DNA of 64,000 nucleotides, from NCBI GenBank assembly GCA_020631995.1, contig JACKGJ010000001.1, positions 225,753 to 289,752 on the forward strand, in the 5' to 3' direction. The notes beneath the pieces are model-generated. The model made no database searches. It saw only the letters and a program-made list of their open reading frames with translations, and was not told the DNA's origin. The position numbers were made by a program, and so were the translations under genes. Positions within the stretch are counted from its first letter, which is position 1; each line of letters opens with the position of its first letter. This DNA comes from Candidatus Nomurabacteria bacterium. GTDB lineage: Bacteria > Patescibacteriota > Minisyncoccia > Phycocordibacterales > UBA918. Of the stretch, positions 24,805 through 34,556 are shown piece after piece.

Positions 24805-25974
24805 TTAGATAATCAAAGGCATAGGGTCAACGAACGTTATGTCGATACCTATTCCCATAACGACCTCTCCGTAGCCCAGGCCATCAGTGTCGATGAGGCG
24901 AATTTCCATTCGAGCAGTATCACCTGCGTCAGGAATGTCGCCGAACCAATTACTGAAGGCGAAGTTTGTTGAGTTCGCTTCATTGTTGGCAGTCGCAGGA
25001 GTGCCTTGCGGACTGTCGGCGATAAACACCACGTTGTTTTCATCGACCCAGGCACGTAGTCCACCACTGTGTACGAGATGGAGAAGTGTACTGTCACCAT
25101 CGCTAGAGGTGAAGTCCATTTCCCATCGTTCCTTGCCATCCTCGCCGAGCCCACTAGGCCCAGTTCCGATATACCAGTCGATGTTGTTCTTGGCACGAGC
25201 AAGGTTCACAGGTTCACCGTCGGAGCCGTCCTGTGGTCCAGCTTCCAACGTGTAGTCCAGTTCGAGCCAATTGCCAGTTTTTTCGGCAGACAGGGCGTTG
25301 ATATCATCAGGATGCTGGCGTATGTGCGCCCGTACCCCAATAACATTGTTACCTGTTTCGTCAACCAGGATATTGTATCCATCAGACGGGTTTCCGCTCC
25401 CGAAGAGCGCGTCGCCGTTGGCCTTTCGCCCTTGAAGCGGAAGAGTAGCATCAAGGTAAGCACTGGTGACTGGAAGTTCGGCCGTCGGCACAAAAACCGT
25501 TGAACCTGGCCCTTCAACCACCTTAATCACCTCCACGATCTTGATGTCCGGGTCCATACCCGGCAAGGGAGAGGTGTAGTCGAGCGGAATTCCCGCCAAG
25601 GCGTTGGTATAGACGTGTACAACGCCTTCGGCAGTGAGGCCCGTGAACTCAGCTGAGTTCACGAACCCAAGGGCGATCTCCAGTGGACTAAGTCCAGTAG
25701 CAATCCAAGCCTGGACAGCACTAGCTTCAGGTTCGCGCCCGAGCGCCTGCTGATAGAATGTGCTGATGAACGACTCAAGATCGGATCCATCGCCGTATGT
25801 GCTTTTGAACTCAGCCGAGTCCATAAAGCCTTTAGCGATTTCTGCTTGCGAGACGCCATTGTTCAGCTGGTCAACCCAGTGCTGTAGTCCAGCAGAATCC
25901 GGGCTTCGCCCGAAGAATGCCTGGTAGAGCCTGGCGACAAAGCTGATTTCGTTGAAGTCAGATTCATTGAACAT
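24805..25974 (-). CDS. DUF4214-repeat protein with unknown C-terminal domain (GC-rich island)
   Basis: Two repeats match the pattern I recall for DUF4214: FVARLYQAFFGRSPDSAGLQHWVDQL...AEFK and FISTFYQQALGREPEASAVQAWI...AEF. No signal peptide. GC is 52-55% in hand-counted lines versus about 38-45% nearby. Confidence 0.65.
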   Translation of the reverse strand: MFNESDFNEISFVARLYQAFFGRSPDSAGLQHWVDQLNNGVSQAEIAKGFMDSAEFKSTYGDGSDLESFISTFYQQALGREPEASAVQAWIATGLSPLEIALGFVNSAEFTGLTAEGVVHVYTNALAGIPLDYTSPLPGMDPDIKIVEVIKVVEGPGSTVFVPTAELPVTSAYLDATLPLQGRKANGDALFGSGNPSDGYNILVDETGNNVIGVRAHIRQHPDDINALSAEKTGNWLELDYTLEAGPQDGSDGEPVNLARAKNNIDWYIGTGPSGLGEDGKERWEMDFTSSDGDSTLLHLVHSGGLRAWVDENNVVFIADSPQGTPATANNEANSTNFAFSNWFGDIPDAGDTARMEIRLIDTDGLGYGEVVMGIGIDITFVDPMPLII

Positions 25975-26399
25975 TTGGTATTCCTTCTCTATTTTTGAGG
26001 TCCTAGGATGTCATCTTTTGGGGAGTTTGGACCCCTCCAAAAGTACGCCGGTATTCTACCTAATTATTGACAAAATTGCAAATTACCATTGTTGTAGAGT
26101 GTACGGGTAGGTTACCGTGGAAAATAACGGAAAACAATTGTAACTTTATACTTTCATCCTTCTTTATAGATTACAAAACCGACTCATCGCACGACGAGTC
26201 GGTTTTGTTTTTAAAAAAGCTGGACAGTTGTCTAACTTAGGATTTCAAGATAGGGGACAAGGAGTCCAGACAGTGTGAGCGATAGAAACTCGGATTCATT
26301 CTAAGATAAAGCGCAAGGAGCCTAGTAAAAAATGACAGGAGCGGGACAAGAAGGTAGTCCAGTGACTGTCATTTTTTGCGTAGCGACACAGTGATTTGC

Positions 26400-27467
26400 T
26401 TAGAATGGATTCGAGGCGCCGCGGACTTCAAAGTGAAGGTGCGCCCCGGTCGACCTACCACTACTACCTACATACCCAATAGTCTCTCCAGCACTCACCG
26501 AAGCACCTACCCCTACTGCATTACTTGAAGTGTGCGCGTAAAGAGTCTGCGCACCACCGGAGTGCTTGATAACCACGTAGTTTCCATAACCACCATTCCA
26601 ACCACCACTCTTTGAGACAATCACTTCACCATCAGCGGCAGCTCGAATGGCTGTACCATTTGCGGCTGCCAAATCGACAGCATTATAGCCGTGGATACCT
26701 TGTGTACGTACTGCTCCCGGAACAGGGTGAACAAACCCACCACCCCCTGATGCACCGCTAGTGACTCTGGTTGGAGTTGATCCAGTTGAACTACTTGGTT
26801 TCTTGGTTGTGGCTTGGTGCATTATGCCACCTGGAACCACCACAGTATCTCCAGGTGAAATATCGCTAGCAGATGCGAGACGGTTATATGAAAGAATGTC
26901 ACCAATCATCGCCTCTACCTCTTCAGCACTTTCTGCACCGTATTTTTTAGTAATAGAAGCTAAAGTTTCACCATTTTTTACAACATGTCTAACACCAGTA
27001 ATAGGCAAGATAATTAATGTATCTCCTGGCTGAACCGACTTAGCGTTACTAATATCATTAGCCCATAAAATCGTATTAACAGAAACGCCATACATTTCAG
27101 CAATATGAGAAAGAGTCTCGCAACGCTCCTCGGTACAAGGGCGCACTGTATGCACACTAATTTCTCCACCAAGGTTTTTGGCATCTATGGCTTCAGAAAA
27201 AGGACCACTGGATTGCAGTGCTCCTTCTTCGACAATGATATCCCCACCACCTTGGTTCGACTTCAGGTCTGGACCAGTTGCAGAAGATAACAATTTCACT
27301 TCGCCAGCACCAGAAGTCGATTGGGGTTTCTCATAAACTAAAGTATCACCATTTAAAAAGCCAGCTACACTGGAAAGCCAGCCAGCCTGTACGGAGAGGG
27401 GAATTATGATGAGAGAAACCACAACCGCTGCCTCTAGGAAGCGTGTTTGTTTATGGTTTAAATTCAA
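26400..27467 (-). CDS. LysM-domain M23 family metallopeptidase
   Basis: Signal/anchor N-terminus, two LysM-like segments (HIAEMYGVSVNTILWAN; ETLASITKKYG), and M23 core GYGNYVVIKH...GYVGSSGRSTGAHLHFEVR. TTG start as in the track. Confidence 0.85.
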   Translation of the reverse strand: MNLNHKQTRFLEAAVVVSLIIIPLSVQAGWLSSVAGFLNGDTLVYEKPQSTSGAGEVKLLSSATGPDLKSNQGGGDIIVEEGALQSSGPFSEAIDAKNLGGEISVHTVRPCTEERCETLSHIAEMYGVSVNTILWANDISNAKSVQPGDTLIILPITGVRHVVKNGETLASITKKYGAESAEEVEAMIGDILSYNRLASASDISPGDTVVVPGGIMHQATTKKPSSSTGSTPTRVTSGASGGGGFVHPVPGAVRTQGIHGYNAVDLAAANGTAIRAAADGEVIVSKSGGWNGGYGNYVVIKHSGGAQTLYAHTSSNAVGVGASVSAGETIGYVGSSGRSTGAHLHFEVRGASNPF

Positions 27468-27913
27468 CCTTGTATATATGGTCCGAAGTAATCGTGGGGC
27501 TAAGGAACCCTCCTCGGAGTTTTGATTTGCAGGTTTAATAAGTTCTAGGTTTAAGGACTCGCCGCCATACTTCCACTACAGTCAGGGGTCAAACAAAAAG
27601 AGCTAATACCATCTTTAATTAAACATTCCTTCTCCCACTCAGAATTTTGGTTAAAAAATTCTGAGTGGAAGTAATGTAGAAGCGCTAGTTAGAGATGGTA
27701 TCACCGCTCGTACCCAATATGATACTAGAGTCAGAACGGTACACAATTGACTAAAGGGTAGTTTTCCACTCTTTTAAAAAACATCTTTTATAGCAGGCCT
27801 ATAAAGGGTTTTTTAACTATTGACATTACGGTGTAAATATTTTCTGATTTAAAAGTTGGGGGAACCAAGTCGATACGGCTATAATAGACTTCTTTCAAAA
27901 GTCTAATGTACCA

Positions 27914-30900
27914 ATGATGAGATATATAGACACTCTAAACGAACGACAAAAAGAAGCGGTATTGACTACCGAAGGGCCTTTGTTGGTACTGGCTGGAGCA
28001 GGTAGTGGTAAGACTAAAACCATTACCCACCGTATTGTGCACCTCATTCACCAAGGAACAGCACCACATAATATTCTAGCGGTCACCTTCACCAACAAGG
28101 CGGCCAAAGAGATGCGTGAACGTGCACTCAGTCTTATTAAGGAATATCCTCCCTCTGAGCGCGCCTTATTAGACTCAATCCCGATAATAACCACCTTCCA
28201 CTCATTTGGTGTCCGGCTACTTAGAGAATTTCACGAGGCAGCCGGGCTTCGTCGACACTTCGTAATCTTTGACCGAGCAGATAGCGTACGTGCTATAAAG
28301 GTAGCGATTGAAAAAGCTGGGTACAATCCAAAAGAATTTGAACCTCGCAAAGTGCTCTCTATAATTTCTCGAGCTAAAGGAGATGCACTGTCCCGTGGAG
28401 ATTTCGCTGACGAAGCAAGGTCGTACCCGGAGAAAGTAGCAGTAGCTGTCTGGGAACACTACGAACAAAAACTGCGAGAAGATCACGCTTTAGACTTTGA
28501 CGACCTTTTGTTGAAGACACTACGCCTTCTGCAATCAAACCAGAACGTAAGAGAAACGCTCCAGAAACGTTTCCACTATATACACATCGATGAATACCAG
28601 GACACCAACAAAGTGCAGTATGAGATTGCTAGACTACTAGCGGGAGAGAAACAAAATATCTGTGTTGTTGGGGACATCGATCAATGTCTAATCGCTGGAA
28701 CAAAAGTAACAATGGAAGATAACAAGGTGAAGCCAATTGAAGAGATACAAAAAGGAGATTTGGTTCTTTCTAATTACGGAGGTGGTAAATTCGCACCCGC
28801 TCCTGTAGAGAGAGTATATAAAAAAAGCAATAAAAAACCCTTGATTAAAATAACCACAGCTACTGGCAAAACTATCACTAGCACCCCTGAACATACGCAC
28901 TTTGCTGGATATAGGCTAGACGTATCTCCACAATTACACTTCACATATTTGATGTACAAAAAGAATACTGGTTGGCGACTTGGTGTGACTTCTGTACATA
29001 CAAAGGGGCAAATAAGACCTCAGGTCGGTTTTATACAAAGATGCAATCAAGAAAAGGGTGACGCATTGTGGATTTTATCGACCCATCAATCTTCAAATGA
29101 AGCACGGGTCAATGAGTATTTATTGTCTTTGCGGTATCAAATCCCCACACTACCTTTTGTGGCTAGAAAAGGTGCAAGTCAAAATGGCTACGTACATAAC
29201 CAAGAGTTGTTGAATAAAATTTTTGCGTCATTTGATACTGATAATGGAGCAAGAAAATTACTGAATGACAGTCAACTACTCATTAACTACCCTCACCACC
29301 AACCCCAAGCTTCAAAGAGTGGCCGTATAAATTTAACCATCACACTCTGTGGAGATAGTCGCGGTAATTCTGTCCTACACCGCATTAGCATTGTTAGTCA
29401 AAATATAGAAGTAAAGAGAAAGTTAGAGTCACTCGGCTTGTCTGTTAGAAAAGCTAAAGCTGACAGCCCCGCCGTTCGTTTCGAAACTTCTCACAAATCT
29501 TTTAACACAATTCAAAAAATAACCTCCGACATACAACAGGTGATTCCTGACATCAACATCAATTTACGCGCCCGTTTAGCTAAACAAGCTAATAAAGATA
29601 AATTTGAAAGCGTTTCTCTTGCCTTCATGCCCGCAGTAAGTGTACGAGAAGGAATGGCGATGTTTGACGACAAAGGTGGTTATGAAATAGTAAAAAAGAC
29701 AGAAGAGGTACTTTCTAGTGATTTTGTTTATGATCTTGATATTTCAAACACTCACAACTTTATCGCTAATGGTATCGTGACCCACAACTCAATCTACTCT
29801 TGGCGCGGTGCAGATATAAAGAATGTTCTTCAATTTGAACGCCACTTTAAAAACGCCAAGACTATTCTCCTTGAACAAAACTACCGTAGCACAAAAACAA
29901 TTGTTGAAGCTTCGAATAAAGTAATTGCTAAGAACCAAAACCGGGTAGAAAAAATAGTTTTTACCGACAACCTGGAAGGGGAGAAGATTACCGTGTTTGG
30001 AGCTTTCTCTGGGGGAGAGGAGGCTGACTATATTGCGAGAGAGGCTGCCAAACTAATAGAGAACGGGGCCTCCCCGTCGGAGGTAGCTGTCTTATTTAGA
30101 ACCAACTTCCAGTCACGCGCTCTTGAAGAGGCTTTTTTAAACCAAGACATTCCTTATCAGGTATTAGGGGTAAAATTCTTTGAACGTAAAGAAGTAAAAG
30201 ACGTGTTGTCTTACCTACGTCTATCACTCAACCCAGGATCAAGTGCTGATTTGGCACGAGTGATTAATTCGCCAGCGAGGGGGATCGGCAAAGTAACCGT
30301 GCTAAAAGTTCTATCTGGACAACGCAATGAATTAAAAGGAGCGACTCTAGCTAAAGTAGAAGCCTTTGACCAGATGATGATGGACATAGCTGACGAAGCA
30401 AGAACGAAAAAACTATCTGAGACTCTACGTTTTATCATCACTAGAACCGGGCTCGAAATGACCCTGAAAAAAGGTGGCACTGACGAAGATTTAGAGAGGC
30501 TAGAAAACTTACGGGAGCTGGTTTCACTATCAACTCGTTACGACGAGATGGGGCCAGAGGAGGGAGTGGAGGCTTTATTAGAAGACGCTGCTCTCCAAAG
30601 TGACCAAGATGAAATAAAAGAAAAGGAGGAAAAGGATGCTGTACTACTAATGACCGTACACGCTGCAAAAGGTTTGGAGTTTCCCTATGTCTTTGTGAGT
30701 GGACTTGAAGAAGGACTATTCCCGCACGAGCGACTCGACGCCACTGGCATTGATCAAGAAGAGGAGAGACGATTATTTTATGTGGCCTTAACTCGGGCCG
30801 GAGTGAAACTCTGGCTTACGTACGCCAATTCACGAATGATCTTTGGTTCAACTCGAGTTAACCTACCTTCTTCATTCCTTATGGATATTGATCCTGAACT

Positions 30901-31003
30901 AGTAGAACTTGAAGGTTCAGGACGTGCCGGTGGAAAAGCTGCTCGTAAAGCAGGTCTACTTGATGATTGGGATGACTGGGATGAGGGTTATGTCATAACT
31001 TAG
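27914..31003 (+). CDS. pcrA: PcrA/UvrD-type DNA helicase interrupted by an in-frame intein
   Basis: Motif I GAGSGKT, Ia TFTNKAA, II DEYQDT. Motif III is split as VVGDIDQ | intein | SIYSWRGAD. Later motifs are LEQNYRS, TVHAAKGLEF and RRLFYVALTRA. The extein totals 661 aa. Confidence 0.9.
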   Translation: MMRYIDTLNERQKEAVLTTEGPLLVLAGAGSGKTKTITHRIVHLIHQGTAPHNILAVTFTNKAAKEMRERALSLIKEYPPSERALLDSIPIITTFHSFGVRLLREFHEAAGLRRHFVIFDRADSVRAIKVAIEKAGYNPKEFEPRKVLSIISRAKGDALSRGDFADEARSYPEKVAVAVWEHYEQKLREDHALDFDDLLLKTLRLLQSNQNVRETLQKRFHYIHIDEYQDTNKVQYEIARLLAGEKQNICVVGDIDQCLIAGTKVTMEDNKVKPIEEIQKGDLVLSNYGGGKFAPAPVERVYKKSNKKPLIKITTATGKTITSTPEHTHFAGYRLDVSPQLHFTYLMYKKNTGWRLGVTSVHTKGQIRPQVGFIQRCNQEKGDALWILSTHQSSNEARVNEYLLSLRYQIPTLPFVARKGASQNGYVHNQELLNKIFASFDTDNGARKLLNDSQLLINYPHHQPQASKSGRINLTITLCGDSRGNSVLHRISIVSQNIEVKRKLESLGLSVRKAKADSPAVRFETSHKSFNTIQKITSDIQQVIPDININLRARLAKQANKDKFESVSLAFMPAVSVREGMAMFDDKGGYEIVKKTEEVLSSDFVYDLDISNTHNFIANGIVTHNSIYSWRGADIKNVLQFERHFKNAKTILLEQNYRSTKTIVEASNKVIAKNQNRVEKIVFTDNLEGEKITVFGAFSGGEEADYIAREAAKLIENGASPSEVAVLFRTNFQSRALEEAFLNQDIPYQVLGVKFFERKEVKDVLSYLRLSLNPGSSADLARVINSPARGIGKVTVLKVLSGQRNELKGATLAKVEAFDQMMMDIADEARTKKLSETLRFIITRTGLEMTLKKGGTDEDLERLENLRELVSLSTRYDEMGPEEGVEALLEDAALQSDQDEIKEKEEKDAVLLMTVHAAKGLEFPYVFVSGLEEGLFPHERLDATGIDQEEERRLFYVALTRAGVKLWLTYANSRMIFGSTRVNLPSSFLMDIDPELVELEGSGRAGGKAARKAGLLDDWDDWDEGYVIT
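28685..29788 (+). mobile_element. Intein (368 aa) in PcrA helicase motif III
   Basis: It starts with Cys (CLIAGTKV...), has block B TSTPEHTHF, and ends ...VYDLDISNTHNFIANGIVTHN followed by Ser+1. The coordinates are in frame with 27914. The central ~230 aa have no LAGLIDADG or HNH motif that I can see. Confidence 0.85.
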
Positions 31004-31248
31004 AGTCGCTCTTGCTAAGATATTTATTAGTGATATTGTACGTTTAGCAAGAGGCAAGTACGTTTGCTCTATCTTACCGGCAGAAGTAAACTAACCACTT
31101 GCATCCGAGCGTCGAGCGCCAGCAGACCCAGGTTTGCACGGCAGTGATTATGAAGGAGAAGCCACCTCTATTTTCACACCCAAGACGCTCCCGCTCGGAT
31201 TTTTCTACAACCCGTCATAGACGGGTTTTCTTTTTCCTTAAACCACGT

Positions 31249-32079
31249 ATGCTGACTAGAATGGATAGGTTTGAAACAAAAAAGTCTCTGGGGCAAAATT
31301 TTCTAAACAGCAAGGTGGTGCCTGAGTGGCTTTGTGATGCCGGGGAAGTGGTGGCCGGAGATTTAATCTTAGAAATCGGACCTGGTACTGGAGCTCTAAC
31401 AGAGGCACTATTGTCGCGTGGTGCCCGAGTGCTCGCTCTCGAAGCCGACTTGCGGGCAATTGAAATACTGAAAGATAAGTTCAAGGATGAATTAAAGAGT
31501 GGACAATTAAGCTTAGAACATACTGATGTCCGGGAGCTAGACTTGGCTAAATTTGGGCTTCAAGACCACAGCTTCAAGGTGGTAGCTAATATTCCATACT
31601 ACCTGACTGGATTTTTATTTAGAGTACTACTCTCACATGACATCCAACCTTCTACACTGGTCTTCTTGGTGCAAAAAGAAGTAGGGAAGAGAGCCTCATC
31701 TAATATTCAAAAGGGAGAAAAGGAATCATTACTCTCTCTTTCCCTGCAAGCCTTTGGGGATGTGAAGTATGTAAAGACTGTTGGAAGAGGACACTTTTCA
31801 CCATCACCCAAGGTAGATTCAGCTATCGTGCTGGTACATAACATCAACCGAGATAAATTTAAAGAACATTCTGCGGACTTCTTTTTTGAAATACTGCACT
31901 TAGGCTTTGGCTCAAAAAGAAAGCAATTGCTTGGTAATTTAGCAAAAAAATATCCCCGACCGAGACTTTTAGAAATATTTAATGTGGCCGATATAGAGCC
32001 TAATGCTCGCGCGGAAGATGTTCCAATCTGGAAGTGGCTCACCCTAACTAGAACATTGGAAAACGAACTAGAAGCATAA
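31249..32079 (+). CDS. rsmA: 16S rRNA (adenine1518/1519-N6)-dimethyltransferase
   Basis: KKSLGQNFL, EIGPGTGALT and NIPYY. The ATG lies after the pcrA terminator hairpin ACCCGTC-ata-GACGGGT (31211-31227). The track start at 31099 is rejected. Confidence 0.85.
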   Translation: MLTRMDRFETKKSLGQNFLNSKVVPEWLCDAGEVVAGDLILEIGPGTGALTEALLSRGARVLALEADLRAIEILKDKFKDELKSGQLSLEHTDVRELDLAKFGLQDHSFKVVANIPYYLTGFLFRVLLSHDIQPSTLVFLVQKEVGKRASSNIQKGEKESLLSLSLQAFGDVKYVKTVGRGHFSPSPKVDSAIVLVHNINRDKFKEHSADFFFEILHLGFGSKRKQLLGNLAKKYPRPRLLEIFNVADIEPNARAEDVPIWKWLTLTRTLENELEA

Positions 32080-32131
32080 CTGGATAACAGTCGCTCTTCT
32101 CTTAGGGGCGACTGTTATAATATATGTACTA

Positions 32132-32965
32132 ATGAGAATAAACCCTCGCATCGCGATAGCATTTATGATCGGCCTCGTAATGGTCGGCGGTTCTTATTTT
32201 GTGTCTAATAATTCCGAGTCAAAGGAAACAAATAGCCAACTTATAACAACAACGAGCAAACCAGCACGCCAGTTTATTGCAGTTACCGACGAAGACCGAG
32301 ATGGGTTACCCGACTGGCAAAATTCTCTTTCCCTCAATACTGTAAATTTAGATGAGCAGGAGGGGAATACACGAACCAGTGCCTTAGCTGTGAAGCTGGC
32401 CACTTTGACCGCCACCTCTGAAAACAACTCTGATACTATTCTTGCGTCAGTAGGGAGTGAACTGGCTCAAGAAAGCTTTGATACACAGTTCACTCGCGAC
32501 GATATCCTAGTAATTGAAGACAATACACTATCTTCCCTACGCTCCTATGGTAACAAAATCGCTTCCATTGCTCTCGACAACGCTCCACCAATCGGTACGG
32601 AAGATGAATTAACTCTCCTTAATCGGGCTCTGGTACGCAATGATCCCAATGTTCTTGATGAACTCTCTCCAACCATCACTTCTTATGAGAGAATGGTAGA
32701 GGCAATGTTAGTGACCAACGTTCCTTCATCAATGGTACGTGAACACCTGGCCTTACTGAATGTCTACCAAGCAATCCTCAATGACATCAAAGCGTTCCAA
32801 GGAGTATTCACAGATGCTTTACCATCAATGATTCGCTTCCGTCGCTATCAGGCTGATGCTGAAGCCCTATATCTTGCCCTTAACTTTTTATATCTTCAAC
32901 TACACGACCGAGGCATCGTGTGGGGACCAACTGATAGAACATCGCAATTCATAATTATAGAATAA
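32132..32965 (+). CDS. T4SS-like cluster gene 1: membrane-anchored hypothetical
   Basis: N-terminal TM segment IAIAFMIGLVMVGGSYFV, acidic DEDRDGLPDWQ motif, helical C-terminal half. Confidence 0.5.
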   Translation: MRINPRIAIAFMIGLVMVGGSYFVSNNSESKETNSQLITTTSKPARQFIAVTDEDRDGLPDWQNSLSLNTVNLDEQEGNTRTSALAVKLATLTATSENNSDTILASVGSELAQESFDTQFTRDDILVIEDNTLSSLRSYGNKIASIALDNAPPIGTEDELTLLNRALVRNDPNVLDELSPTITSYERMVEAMLVTNVPSSMVREHLALLNVYQAILNDIKAFQGVFTDALPSMIRFRRYQADAEALYLALNFLYLQLHDRGIVWGPTDRTSQFIIIE

Positions 32966-32967
32966 GT

Positions 32968-34551
32968 ATGAGATTTTCACTCCTAAAAACAAAAACTTTG
33001 TTAATTGTAGTAGCGATGATTGTTCTGTCCCATGGTTATTTTGGAGTGGAAAAAGCTGAAGCTTTTCTTGGTTCACTACTCGGTGGACTTGGTGGTGGTG
33101 ATGCGGTACGAGTGGTAAGTGATACATCTGAGTCATCAATTACTACAGCCCTACAAAATACTTTAGCTAGAATATTCGGTGGAATAGCTTCTGGTGAACT
33201 CCAATCAATCAATCTGAAGGAGACAGTACTTGATCCAATTGCTTGGAATATGGCCAAACAACTACAGCAACAAATGACTGGGGATTTACTGAAGTGGTTA
33301 GGTGGTCAACTACCTGGACAGGAAGGTGAAATTCCATTCGTAACAGATTTCTCTGGATTCTATGGTGACCTACTGGACAACGTAGCCGGGGATGTCATAT
33401 TCGGTGGTGACTTGAGTGGCCTTTGTTCTGAGGAGGAGGATTTTAAGGCAAAGCAAAAGGCTTACAACTCTTATATTAAAAGTCGAAATAAACAAGAAAT
33501 TTTTTCTTGCAATGAAGAAGACTTATCCAACCCTAACCAAGAAAGTCTTTTAACGAAGATATTTAAAGGTACTGTCAGCTGTGATGGTAATGATATTTGT
33601 GTCGGATACAAGGCAGATAACCATCTTGCACTCAAACAAGCTAACGCTATAGCCAACGAGAATAGGGCACTAGACTACAGTCGTGGAATGAAACCACAAA
33701 GAGTATGTAAGGTTATCAATGATCCAGACGGAAAACCTCGTCAACTTTGTGAAATCGTGAGTCCTCTATATCTAGCCGCAGACAATGCATCTTTCCAAAT
33801 CAACCAAGTGCCTAGTCTCCAATTGTTACAGATAGACGAATTTAATGAAATCGTGTCTGGCTTTATGACACAACTTACCAGTGAAGCAGTGACTGGTATC
33901 AGCTCGCTCGCCAATGGCGTAGACTTCACCGGTGTACTTGGTCTCAGTGGTAATCCTGACTTCACCAACTTGCTCTTTGGAAGTGACGGGGGATTATCAT
34001 ATGTAGACGGCCTGATAAAAGATGATGTATCAAGCTACCAAGATGTGGGTATTAATCCAATCCAGCAATCATTGACCATAGAACAAACAAACCTTTCAAT
34101 GCAAAACTTCATTTTCAATGAAGTCAACAGTCTGAATACAAAAACTATTTCTAATCAGGAAACATACGGCAGTTGCTACAATCTGCCTTTGACCGCTGAA
34201 CTCACAAGTGCCCTTGAGAGTGCAAAAGTTAATATGAACATCGCTTCCACCTCAGTGGCCATATTGTCCACCTTGAATAACCAGTACACGAACGCTCCGG
34301 ACGCTAGTGCCAAAAATTCTGTTATATCTGTCTATGCAAGCTACAGGAATCAGGGATTTTTCAGTACCGAGCAAAAAAATCAGGAACTTAAGATTAGTTT
34401 CATTGACCATACTTTTGCAATAATAGTTGATCAATTCAAGTATCAAATGGCTGTTGAACAACAAAAATGTGGCGGGGAGTTCGATTACGACGGTCTGATA
34501 ACTAACAATGACTCCTCTAATGATCAAAACGGTAGTAGTGATGGTAACTAA
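32968..34551 (+). CDS. T4SS-like cluster gene 2: exported hypothetical (527 aa)
   Basis: Signal/anchor LLIVVAMIVLSHGYFGVEKAEA, several Cys pairs, Asn/Ser-rich tail. Confidence 0.5.
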   Translation: MRFSLLKTKTLLIVVAMIVLSHGYFGVEKAEAFLGSLLGGLGGGDAVRVVSDTSESSITTALQNTLARIFGGIASGELQSINLKETVLDPIAWNMAKQLQQQMTGDLLKWLGGQLPGQEGEIPFVTDFSGFYGDLLDNVAGDVIFGGDLSGLCSEEEDFKAKQKAYNSYIKSRNKQEIFSCNEEDLSNPNQESLLTKIFKGTVSCDGNDICVGYKADNHLALKQANAIANENRALDYSRGMKPQRVCKVINDPDGKPRQLCEIVSPLYLAADNASFQINQVPSLQLLQIDEFNEIVSGFMTQLTSEAVTGISSLANGVDFTGVLGLSGNPDFTNLLFGSDGGLSYVDGLIKDDVSSYQDVGINPIQQSLTIEQTNLSMQNFIFNEVNSLNTKTISNQETYGSCYNLPLTAELTSALESAKVNMNIASTSVAILSTLNNQYTNAPDASAKNSVISVYASYRNQGFFSTEQKNQELKISFIDHTFAIIVDQFKYQMAVEQQKCGGEFDYDGLITNNDSSNDQNGSSDGN

Positions 34552-34556
34552 ACCTA

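Noticed and set aside
27468-27760. c-di-AMP (ydaO-type) riboswitch upstream of the M23 peptidase
   Set aside because: The gene context fits, but I cannot find the conserved GGGGGACCCA / GGGGUGAAUC / ACCCGAACCCG-type blocks. I keep it only as a generic attenuator-like leader.
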